DNA of 64,000 bases from Octopus vulgaris (lineage: Eukaryota): the NCBI GenBank assembly GCA_951406725.2, contig OX597826.1, positions 4,650,001 to 4,714,000 on the forward strand, in the 5' to 3' direction. Below, piece after piece: positions 25,808-37,042 of the stretch; the stretch's first letter is position 1; every line of letters starts with the position of its first letter. The position numbers and the translations under genes are program-made. The notes below the pieces were generated by a model. That model did no database searches and was not told where the DNA came from. It saw only the letters and a list, made by a program, of their open reading frames with translations.

Positions 25808-26346
25808 GTGGTGTCTAATACGTAATTTGTATTTATGCGAATCTTACCATTGTTAATGTTATTACTGTTGCCCTTTATTGTTATTACTTTTATTACTCTT
25901 ATCATTCCATTATAATTACTATATTTAAATGATGGCATGGAAGGTCTTCTATTGAATGTTTCTTCAGAGAGAGGGTTAAGTTAAAAAGTTATGTACGATA
26001 TGAAGTACGAGTTATCTGTAGGCCAAAGAGTGGCCGTCAGTATTTCGATTGCGTATCTAGTTAAACTTTAATGATGTCCTTATAAGTATATTTGGATTTG
26101 TGCAGTAAACTGAGAACACCCCGTGTTAGTGTGCATACATTCGTACGAGTCAATATATATGTCCTTGTGTATATGTGAGTGAAAGACTTATTTCGTTACA
26201 CCAGGGTATATTATCACTGTTCCTTGTGTTAGACGGTATGAGTTTCAAGATTATACCACCCATTCATCGGATCATAATGGTCATATACTATGTGTTTTTC
26301 TTGGGCAAGATCAAATTTAGAAACATTTCTGGTACACTAGAAATGT

Positions 26347-26425
<79 letters not shown>

Positions 26426-26426
<1 letters not shown>

Positions 26427-26561
26427 TCTGTTGTATCTGGGGAGAGTCATTCTCTTTTTGTGGCTTATTATGTAACACACTCACCGGTAATATTTCCACG
26501 TTTTTCTTATTTTTATTGTCCTAAAATTTTCGTTGCGTCTTGCAACCTTTTCAATACTTTT

Positions 26562-26564
<3 letters not shown>
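26426..26564 (-). mobile_element. Short (TA)n-embedded element with a degenerate hammerhead-like core
   Basis: TA tracts on both sides; minus strand TTGAAAAG-GTTGC-aagac-GCAAC-GAAA-ATTTTA at 26518-26557. Confidence 0.55.
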
Positions 26565-26598
<34 letters not shown>

Positions 26599-26673
26599 CA
26601 TACACACGCACACACACATTTATATATATATTTATATATATAGGGAGAATTCACAACAAAAAAGACTAAGATA

Positions 26674-26832
26674 GTTTACGTCCCCGTAACTTAGCGGTTC
26701 GGCAAAAGAACCGATAGCATAAGTACTAGGTTTACAAGGATTAAATCCTGGGGTTGATTTGCTCGACTAGAAGGCGGTGCTCTATCATGGCCACAGTCAA
26801 ATGACTGAAACAAGTAAAAGAGTAAAAGAGTA
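26674..26832 (+). mobile_element. SINE family A, 3' half
   Basis: gtttacgtccccgtaacttagcggttcggcaaaag...caagtaaaagagtaaaagagta. Confidence 0.9.
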
Positions 26833-27075
26833 CACTGAATCAATATTTGATGCCTTTCAGAATAATTGGGCTCGGCCTTTTGGCTAAGATGAAATCCAAA
26901 TTGCGAAATCTTAAGTTAAGAAATTTTTCAATAATATTTCTTGTCGTTTTGGGCGGATGCGCCTGAAGGTATGACATCACTTTTAGTGTTAAAGTTACAA
27001 ATCAATTTTTATATTGATTTTTCTCATCAGATCGACAAAGCTACACATTTGGCATTTGTTCAAAGACGATTAAAT

Positions 27076-27088
27076 CGCCCCCTGGTGG
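27076..27088 (-). promoter_or_regulatory. CTCF-like core motif CCACCAGGGGGCG
   Basis: Matches the bilaterian CTCF consensus core; similar words also occur in transposon remnants. Confidence 0.25.
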
Positions 27089-27278
27089 TTGATCTGGTAA
27101 CTTAAAATAAGTTAGCAAGTTAAAATAATTTTTACGACTTGATGAAACCAGAAGGACGAAAATAATGATGCTCGAAACAGAATATAAAACTCGGAGTAAT
27201 TTATTACACTCAGTGTTCACCTTTACGAAGGTAAGAAATTAATACTACTAGGAAATGATCACCACGGTATTAAGAATA

Positions 27279-27486
27279 TTGATTTCAACTTTTGACACAG
27301 GGCCAGCAATTACAGGAAGGGGATTAGTCGATTACCTCGATGCAAGTGTTCAGTTGGTACTTTCTTTATTGACCCTAAAAGGATAAAAGGCAAAGTCGAC
27401 CCCGGTCGAATTTGAACTCAGAACGTAATGCCAAGCCGCTAAGCATTTTGCCCAGCGTATTAAAAATTCTGACAGCTCACCGCTTT
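27279..27486 (-). mobile_element. SINE family B
   Basis: gattagtcgattacctcga...gaccctaaaaggataaaaggcaaagtcgacccc...tttgaactcagaacgta...attctgacagctcaccgc. Confidence 0.85.
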
Positions 27487-28055
27487 ATGATATGATATAA
27501 TTTAATATAAGTATAATATTAAGAATAGATCATTTGTATTTACTGTCAATTTATATAGGTTACATATATCAAATCTAGTGCCTAACATTTCGTTGGTAGT
27601 TCTTAATTAGTTACTATTGAAAATATAGGCCAGCAGATCTGAATAATCCTAAAGAACATGTTTGAAGAGATAAATATTACTGATTTCAAGATTTATACGA
27701 CAAATATTAATTATTGAAAATGGTGAACATGCAAATTAGAAACAGATGTAGTAATTGAAGTGCAGCTGCTGCTCTCAGCAGCTGACACAGACTTATTAAG
27801 CACAAGGTTGTATTTTTTTAATGCGATAAGCTGGCAATTATAAATCTCGGAGATTATTGGAAATTCTTTAAAAAATCTAAGACAGTGAGAATCGTACAAA
27901 AACAAAGCAAAAAAATTAATCATTGTTTTACTAAGAATATAATTAGAAATTTGAGATAAACAAAGAAAATATTTTAATAGAATTTAAACTATCTGGATGC
28001 AGTTAGTTCGGATAATAATAATAATGATGATAATGAAAATCTTAATAGCAATAAT

Positions 28056-28418
28056 AACAAGAGCACTCCGAGAGCGAAAACCCCTTCCAAGAAAACACCA
28101 ACGTCCTCTCAGCGATTTGTCAGAGATGATTTTTAAAATGAGAATATCTGAAATGAACTCGACTGCTCTCACTAACGAGAACATGAACCCGACTGCTCTT
28201 AAAAATTAAGTAAAAAACCCGGGAAAGTAATCCAGAATCCTTGTCCGGACCGGACTGAATCGATCCCAAAATCTAATCAGTTCGTGTCTGTCACAAGGTA
28301 AAACATCTCTGAAAGTTTCATCCGAATCCATCCAGCGGTTCTTGAGATATTTTGTCCACGGTCAAACAAACAAACACGACTGAAAACAATATCTCCGCCT
28401 TCGCTAAGGCAGAGGTAA
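28056..28418 (+). mobile_element. Non-autonomous Helentron-associated (HINE/DINE-1-like) element
   Basis: Begins AACAAGAGCACTCCGAGAGCG; internal aagtttcatccgaatccatccagcggttcttgagatat and (CAAA)n; 3' hairpin ATCTCCGCCTT-cgct-AAGGCAGAGGT at 28391-28416. Confidence 0.7.
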
Positions 28419-29117
28419 TAATGTTGATAGAAATGGTGGTGAAGAGCAGATGTTTAAGAGATTGAATCAACTTTATTATATTTGACGGTTGATTCAGACA
28501 CTAAACTTTGAATCAACTTCTTAGTTATAATCTCAGTCCTTGAATCAGAACGTTATATTGCGAGTCTAAAGTGATCTAGTAAACGAAATAAAAATAATTT
28601 TTAATAAATATGGAGAGGTAATGCGTATAGAATAAATGAAACTTGATCCATCGGGAAGAACTCTTGAACTGCTAAAAATAGTAAAGGAAACTCTGAGTCA
28701 CAAACAATGTGTCATTAGAAAATGTTAAACCCAAAGCTAATAGATATATAACATGCCGTAAATTACTTCATAATTTCACGGAACTCTTTCATTTTCAAAT
28801 TGTCTTACTTTCTTGATTGTTAAGAACGAAACACCTAATCCGGCGAAACAGAAGCTAAAGGTTATTTGAGGGTAGCAAATGCCCCACACACCTCACCTTG
28901 GACAATCTTGTCTGTGTGATAGATAACACATCTGAAATGAGGACAGAGGAAGAAGATTCGTATTCCGTTGGTAGCCATCAGCCATTTTTTCCCATCCACT
29001 AGATTGTTCAACCCAATATATTAATTGCTATTATTTATAGCTGTATTCGCTTCGATATTCGCTGTATTTCACTCTCGTATGTCAGCCGGTGGGTTTGCTA
29101 TGAAAGTCAAGCAGTTG

Positions 29118-29330
29118 CCCCCGCGTAGCACCTATGTTATCCAAAGGAAAGGCAAAATCCGATACAGTTTGGCACCAGTGAAGTTACAACTCGTTTCTAT
29201 AGTTTAGTGAAGTGGAGCAACGTGAAATAAAGTGTCTTGCTCAAGAACACAACACGCATCCCGGTTCAGGACTCGAACTCACAATCATGTTTGAACGTCT
29301 GACGCTCTCACCACTAAGCCATAAGCCTTC
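29118..29330 (-). mobile_element. CORE-type tRNA SINE (family G), 3'-truncated
   Basis: ggagcaacgtgaaataaagtgtcttgctcaagaacacaac...ctcgaactcac...ccactaagccataagccttc. Confidence 0.88.
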
Positions 29331-29834
29331 ACACTTGCATACATATACACACATACGCGCGCGCCTGTGTGCACGCATTACATTTTTAGATGGACATCAC
29401 AACAATGAGAGTCCACCATGTTCGAATAGAGAAGATATTATTAAATGCTCATTTTGGTACTATTTATAACTTTTAAACTTGCAACCACTTCCTTTAGAAA
29501 CAACACACAGGCACACAGACAGACACAGACACACAGACAGACACAGACGCACACATACTCAAGCTCAGGAAAAAAAACAACAACACATCATTCATATGAA
29601 GAACATATTGAAACCATTACAAAATATCCCTATGGAGTTCTGAATGTACACATGATATATACCAGGATATTCATGGATAGTAAACAATTTTAATTCTTGT
29701 CACATGCATTTCAAAGAAATATCGTTTGTGTTCCTTATTATTTTCTGCGTGGATATATATTTTTGTTTTTTTTTTCTCCCCGTTTGAAATGATCTCATAC
29801 CGGCCTATATATATATATAGATATATATATTTAT

Positions 29835-29871
<37 letters not shown>

Positions 29872-30005
29872 CTTCGTATAGGTTTCTAACGTCTGTTGAC
29901 CTAAAAAGATATATTACATAATTATAATAAATTTTGATATACTGATTTTTTAAATGCTAAGTCGTCTGTCTATGTATGAGGTTTTCACAGTTTTGTTTGC
30001 GCATG

Positions 30006-30062
<57 letters not shown>

Positions 30063-30469
30063 GTAATTATATATAGACTTAATTATGTGTTCACGTTTAT
30101 TTGTACATATAGCTATATGTATACTTATGTATATATATATATACATAAATGCATACACAAAGATTTATATATTTAAATATATACTGCTCCTGCACGTTTT
30201 CGTGTGTACGTACTTATATGTACACACAAGCCACTCTCTGTACGTACATTACTGTCTGTCTATGGAAAAGATCAGACGAGGTTTAAGCGGTTCTTTCTTG
30301 ACTTAAGTGGAATCGTATGGAAATGGTTCAGTGCTCTTAGAATAGGGTTAGAAGTCTTCATATTTTGTGGCAAATACAAGGTTATGCGAGGGTAAGCCGT
30401 CACTGCTTTTCGTTTCACGCTGTTAATTTTACCGCTTCACTTCCTCCGGTAATATCTCTTCGAATTTGG

Positions 30470-30496
30470 TATATATATATACACACACACACACAT

Positions 30497-30540
<44 letters not shown>

Positions 30541-30772
30541 ATACATATATGTATACATATATGTATACATATATGTATATATATATATGTATATATATAT
30601 ATGTGTATATATATGTATATATGTATGTATATATGTATATGTATGTATGTATGTACATATATATGTATGTATGTATATGTATATATGTATGTTTATATAT
30701 ATATATATACATATATATACAAAAATATATATGTTTATATATATATATATGTATGTATATATATATATATAT

Positions 30773-30821
<49 letters not shown>

Positions 30822-30837
30822 CAAAAATATATATGTT

Positions 30838-30869
<32 letters not shown>

Positions 30870-30870
30870 A
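30470..30870. repeat. Compound (TA)/(TATG) microsatellite
   Basis: Direct reading. Confidence 0.95.
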
Positions 30871-31028
30871 TGTTTCTGTATTTACGTACGCATATACGTA
30901 AATATATATATACGTGCACGAAGGAAAACCAGTATACTTAATACGTGTAGTAGAGTTTAGATATATTTAAAGTTTATGATTCATCCCATAGCTACTTGGA
31001 GATTTACGAACACATATATATTTATACA

Positions 31029-31142
<114 letters not shown>

Positions 31143-31844
31143 TAATAATTTCTCCGATGTATCATATTACTTGCAGAACGTTAGTGCGATCAGAGTTAAA
31201 ATGAACGCTTATTTGAAATATGAACCTACAGCGAATAAAATACCTTCAGGCCACATTGCCACCGTGATACTCATTCTGAATGCCATTATAGAAGCGGGCG
31301 AGATATAGATAGCATCGGATACCTTGTCTTCTTGATATGTATCTAACACAAGTCTGCTTCACATCACGCATATTTCTCCAAATATATAACCTTCGAAAGA
31401 AGATGGACTTCCGCTTGACGTCTTCGAATTTTACATAACTCTCATGATATTAACGTTGCTTCTTTTCAATAAACTGTACGCAGTATTTGGTTATATAACA
31501 GAATGCTTAAGGAGGCCAGCTCTTTTCGCAAATGCAATAATTTAGTTCCTCCTTGTTGAGTCACTCCCTTTTTATAAGGCAAGCAGAATCACACACGCGC
31601 GCGCACACACATATAGCTTGTTTGAGTATTTAGACTGCGGTCATGCTGGGGCACTGCGTTGGGGAATTTTACTCCAACGGATCAACCCCAGTACTTATTT
31701 TTATGTTTTTAATCTTGGCATTTATTCTATCGGTGTGCTTTGAATTACGCTAAGGTCTGAGGACGTAAACACAGCAATACCAGTTGTTCCAGCTGAGTGT
31801 GGAAAGGAAAAACATATAAACACCTATATGGGTGTATATATATA

Positions 31845-32051
31845 ATGTGACCTCGTGTGTACCGTTGGTGACTTTTTTTCCTCTGTCTTCCCTTCTCTGG
31901 ATCTTTCCTTCTCCTATGTTTCCGACGAAGAGCTCCGCTCGAAACGTTAAACCCTCCTTCTTCCCTTCTTTCCTGAGCGTCCAATAATACTATATTTGTT
32001 CCACGTCCTCGCGATGTTGTGTTTTTTTGTGTTTTGTTGTTTGGATTAACA
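31845..32051 (+). mobile_element. Family C, about 207-bp hammerhead-bearing element (putative Penelope-like pLTR or retrozyme monomer)
   Basis: Closely matching inverted copy at 35094-35304 with the same ends; inserted in (TA)n. Confidence 0.85.
31918..31952 (+). ncRNA. Minimal type-I hammerhead ribozyme-like motif (CCGACGA variant)
   Basis: Stem I GTTT/AAAC; CCGACGA-A; stem II GAGC-tcc-GCTC; GAAA; palindrome AACGTT; GUU triplet. Confidence 0.7.
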
Positions 32052-32084
<33 letters not shown>

Positions 32085-33327
32085 ACTTTTTACGTGTACT
32101 ATATCCACTCACGAGGCTTTTGTCGCCTCGAAGCTATAGTGGGAGACACCTGTCCAAGGTGCCACGCAGTGATACTGAACATGGAATCATATGGTTGTGA
32201 AGCAAACTTCTTACCACACAGCCAAGCCTTCACCTATAAAGTCAACCAGTTCCCAAACCGGGAGTTGAACCCATGGCACCGGAATGAGAACCAGGAAACT
32301 TAACCAATAGACTACATGGGAAAACATACATATATATCTATATACACTCATACGCACATGTAAAAAAACACTCGAAGGATTCTCCATGTGTGGTTTATGA
32401 CCTGAAAACATGCATTTTTCTTTTTGTTATGAGCTTGGATTTTGCAAAGGAAGAAATAAATAAAACCCAATGCAAAATTTACATTCAAATATGTATCCAT
32501 AGTAACTGAAGATCCAAGTGTTTCGTAAATTAGAGCCAGGAGTAACAACACAACGTGTTAATATAGAGGTATAAATAGTTACAAGCATATCGAAATATAA
32601 TTGAACAGCATTGCATCGGAATTTGCTTTCTCCAATGAGTATTATGGAATTGCTTTATGCTGAGCCAATGCTAATTTCCTCTATTTACATTTATAAACTG
32701 GTGATGCTTTCATGTTTTAGGCATCCCGTTTACGAAACGGCCACAAGCAATGGAGTTTTATTACTGGTTACTCAGTGAGCGAAGCTGTTATATCTTACTT
32801 GATGTTGAACCGTTAAAAGAGAAACGGAAAACATTTCAAATGAACCAGATCTGCGGCATTTAAAATCGTACTTTCGGATTGTACTCTCCCACATATAGAT
32901 TGTAGTTTTTGTTCCAAAATTCTTTGAAAGCTATATTTAACTTTTGTAATTACTGAATTTCTGAGACTTTATAAAATTACAACGGTTGAATGGCGATCCA
33001 GAAGTGTATTTCAACCGACAATTTTCTTTCTTCACAATATGTCACAGTAGGTGTAAGAAGGAGAAAAATTTGCAGATTCTGGAAGAAGACATACTTTACC
33101 ATTTTGTATGCATTTAGAGACTCGTAAATACAGTTAGGAATCATTTGTGCTAAATAGCTAAACTATTTTATGTTTATAGATATACACCAACATGGTATAG
33201 CTTTTTATAACAGTGTATAACCTTGTGTAGCTGATACTTGGTCTTTTCGTCAATCAGCATATATCCATAAAATAATTCCTAAGTCACAGAAATCATTACA
33301 GGAGTTCAATATGCGCCCCATATTCAC

Positions 33328-33380
33328 TTAAAGGCCGTGCCCCAGCATGGCCATGTCCAGTGACCGAAAAAATTAGAATA
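33328..33380 (+). mobile_element. SINE family A 3' tail fragment
   Basis: aaggccgtgccccagcatggcc...tgaccgaaa. Confidence 0.55.
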
Positions 33381-33453
33381 ATTCAAACACATCTATATAG
33401 AGATAGATATATATATATGGATGTGTTTGAATTATAGACAAACGAAGATATAG

Positions 33454-33578
<125 letters not shown>

Positions 33579-34172
33579 TATATTATATTATATTATATAG
33601 ATGTGTTTGAATTTTATACACACTCGTATGCAAACACACACGAAGTGCGTGAGAGAGTATGCATTTATATAACAACACATGCATACATATATAAATACGC
33701 ACACATATATTATATATATATTATATATATCCTATCAATTTGTTTGTCTGTCTCTGACTCTCTGTTACTCCACACTCCCTTCTCTCTGTCTTTCTCCCTC
33801 TCTCTCTCTCCGATATAATACATACACGCACGCGCGCACACATAGTTGCATATATTTCTTCTGTATTTTTGTGAAATGTCAAGGTCGGTCATGCAGAAGG
33901 TGAGTGTCCTGTCGTGGGGGGAATCATGTCGGTGATGATATGCATTTATCCAACGGAAAAGGTGCTGCCACACATTGAATTGATTGCATCATATTGGTAT
34001 TGACACGGATAAAAGGAGCGGATCGCTTCTAAGATGCCATGCCTGCATATAACATTTCACAACTTCAAAGCTTCTCTCTTGCCACTTCAAACACTCAACA
34101 CCCAAACGCACACATGTATAACTACACATATATCCATACATATTTATATACATACATGCATACATACATTCC

Positions 34173-34212
<40 letters not shown>

Positions 34213-34438
34213 TGTGCACACGCTCGCAGTCACACACAGATATACAATCGTTCAGTCTGTATATCCGTTACTTGCTTGATCGATACCTACAAAATAATGA
34301 TATTGATAATAATAATAACCCAACAAATATCGATATTTGGAAGAAGAGAGAGAGAGAGAGGGAGGAAGAAAAAATAGTCCGGTTTTTATTTCAAAGATTA
34401 TTGGTCATTGATTCTATTGATTTCATAGACTGTAGTAT

Positions 34439-34838
34439 GTGTGTGTGTGTGTCTGTGTTTGTGTGTATGAGCGTGTGTGTGCACACACGCACAGATAGAG
34501 AGAAAGGGAGATGTGTTGGAAGTCTTTATGGTGTGAAAGTTTACGATGTAAGACAATTGAGAGTGATGCGTGCCGGCTTTAAACAATGTCTCATTTCCCT
34601 ATACTCATTTCACCAAAAACTGTACAATCCAATTTGCAATGTTCCTACAAGATATATATATATACACGCACACAGATACATTCATCCATGCACATATCTG
34701 TGATCGTATGTGTGTGCATATTGTCTTACATCGTAAACTTTCACACCATAAAGACTTCCAACACATCTCCCTTTCTCTCTATCTGTGCGTGTGTGCGCAC
34801 ACACACTCATACACACAAACACAGACACACACACACAC
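34439..34838. repeat. 119-bp near-perfect inverted repeat with a 162-bp spacer
   Basis: Arms at 34439-34557 and 34720-34838; two mismatches by manual comparison. Confidence 0.95.
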
Positions 34839-34844
34839 TTCAAA

Positions 34845-35000
34845 ATTTGATACTGATTAGAAGATCGAAAATCCACCTGAAGATTGTCGGTAGCAGACAT
34901 GAAACATTTGTAGTGGCGGTTTATTTAATTTATATTAAAATTTTATGTATTGATTAAGTCTTTCCTTGTTTGGTTTTAAAATAGTGGTTTTGTCTCGAAT

Positions 35001-35003
<3 letters not shown>
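34845..35003 (+). mobile_element. Family D-related hammerhead-bearing element ending in (TA)n
   Basis: Contains the motif at 34873-34916; 3' end ttgtttgg...aatagtggttttgtctcgaatt resembles 6132-6168. Confidence 0.7.
34873..34916 (+). ncRNA. Minimal type-I hammerhead ribozyme-like motif
   Basis: Stem I CCAC/GTGG; CTGAAGA; stem II TGTC-ggtagca-GACA; GAAA; stem III ACA-tt-TGT; GUA triplet. Confidence 0.78.
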
Positions 35004-35093
<90 letters not shown>

Positions 35094-35096
<3 letters not shown>

Positions 35097-35304
35097 TTAA
35101 TCCAAACATGAAAACACAAAGAGAAAACACAACAACGCGAGGCCGTGGAACAAATATAGTATTATTGGACGCTCAGGAAGGAAGGGAAGAAGGAGGTTTT
35201 AACGTTTCGAGCGGAACTCTTCGTCGGAAACATAAGAGAAAAAAAAGATCCAGAGAAGGGAAGACAGAGGAAAAAAATCGCCAACGGTACACACGCGGTC
35301 ACAT
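35094..35304 (-). mobile_element. Family C element, second copy
   Basis: Reverse complement of 31845-32051; abuts (TA)n(TG)n. Confidence 0.85.
35196..35231 (-). ncRNA. Minimal hammerhead-like motif in family C copy 2
   Basis: Minus strand GTTT-CCGACGA-A-GAGT-tcc-GCTC-GAAA-CGTT-AAAAC; the stem II change keeps pairing as U-G. Confidence 0.65.
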
Positions 35305-36001
35305 TTATACATAAATATAATTTGAGTGGGTACACACATATGTACTCAATAACACGAAAATTTGATATTTTAAAATGTATTTTGATGTTTTATGTAATAA
35401 ATCGTTATGTAATAAATTGTATACATTATATATATATATATACACACACTCGTGTGTGCATAGGCATTGGTGCCTCGCTACTATACTCGTTTTTGTGTAT
35501 TTTCTAATACATTGCCTAGCTTTTATACTGTATTGTTTCATATGATTTTCTTATGCTAATATCATGTTTTTTCTTTTTCTTTTTTAGGTAAGTACATTCG
35601 GACGCATTTTCCCGCTTTATTCCAAACATGCAATATGAGGTATGGATGCTTGCAATATCACATTAATTATGTAATATATACCACACAGGGTAGGCAAATG
35701 GCGATTCCAATATATATATATACGTAGAGTATATTGGAACACAAACGTCCAAGTGTAGACTACATTGATATCTGCTTTTATATGTGAATGCATATTGGTG
35801 TATGTGTTCGTACCACTGTATGTGCCTATCCATATTTAAGGAAATAAGTGAATCATTCAGACATATACACACACACACACACACAAAGGGCATTTGTGAT
35901 CAAGATTCTTCATCACAACTTTTCGATGAACAGACACGTGAAACTCTGAGTGACAGTTTTTGTGATGGCTTTTCAGATTTAACTTCTGAAAAATATGTTC
36001 G

Positions 36002-36061
<60 letters not shown>

Positions 36062-36544
36062 TGTGTGTTTGTGTGTGTGTGTGTGTGTGTGTATGTACAC
36101 GCACAGGGAGCAAGGGAGTTATGTAGATATTTATCAATATCATTTTTAATAATTTCCACTTAAATACAGAGGTGGTTTCTAATAACCAAAGCCCTATCTT
36201 TGGATCTACAATGTTGCCAAAAGCTTGCTACATCTCTGGAAACTCTTATATATTCTGATCCGTTCCTGATGTATTTAATTATCTTAATTACTTGTTAGAT
36301 TATCATTACCTCTGGTTTAAATGACCATATTTTTCTACACAAGTAGCGAACTACTTAGTAACATAAAATAAAGTCTTACTTATAGAAAGTCTTAGTGCAA
36401 TCAGAGATCATATCATTTGATTATTCTTGTAAATTCTTTTGCTTGATTTCGTAGCTCATTGCCAAATTTATATAAATATATTTATGTGTATATGATATGT
36501 ATGCGATATATGTGTTGCTTATATGCATCGATGCAATCTGTCTC

Positions 36545-36590
<46 letters not shown>

Positions 36591-36720
36591 TGTATGTTTG
36601 TTAAGCTGCACATGTGTCTATGCATGTTATATTTAGATTCTAATAATCTGAACGCTTTCTCATAAAGGAGGAGCTGAATTCCATTAGTGGATAGCATAAA
36701 TGATGAGTGTTAATTGTTAA

Positions 36721-37042
36721 GGCTTGGTACTCCGTCGGTCACTACGACGAGTGTTCCAACTGATTCTATCACCGGAACAGTCGGCTTGTGAAATTAATGT
36801 GTCAGTGGCTGAGCACTCATCAAACACTCGTTCTCTTAACGTAGTTCTCAGGGAGATTCAGCATTACACACAGTTTGACAATGCTGGACCTTTGGATTAC
36901 CGGTGCGACTCACTTTTACCAGTCAATTTGACCGGAGAAACGTAAAATAAAACGTCTTGCTGGAGGACACAACGAATCGCCGGGAATCGAACTCACGTGC
37001 TAACGATCGGGAAACGAATAATCCTACCATTAAGCCACACGC
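36721..37042 (-). mobile_element. CORE-type tRNA SINE with a different 3' body (family H), degraded
   Basis: Shares ggagaaacgtaaaataaaacgtcttgc...gacacaac...gggaatcgaactcac with family G, but has an unrelated tail. Confidence 0.75.

Larger units (their letters stand above)
31617..32230 (-). mobile_element. Old SINE family A copy interrupted by a family C element
   Basis: 3' part gactgcggtcatgctggggcactg (from about 31633); 5' part atccactcacgaggc...gtccaaggtgccacgcagtg...cttaccacacagcca (32103-32224). Confidence 0.85.
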
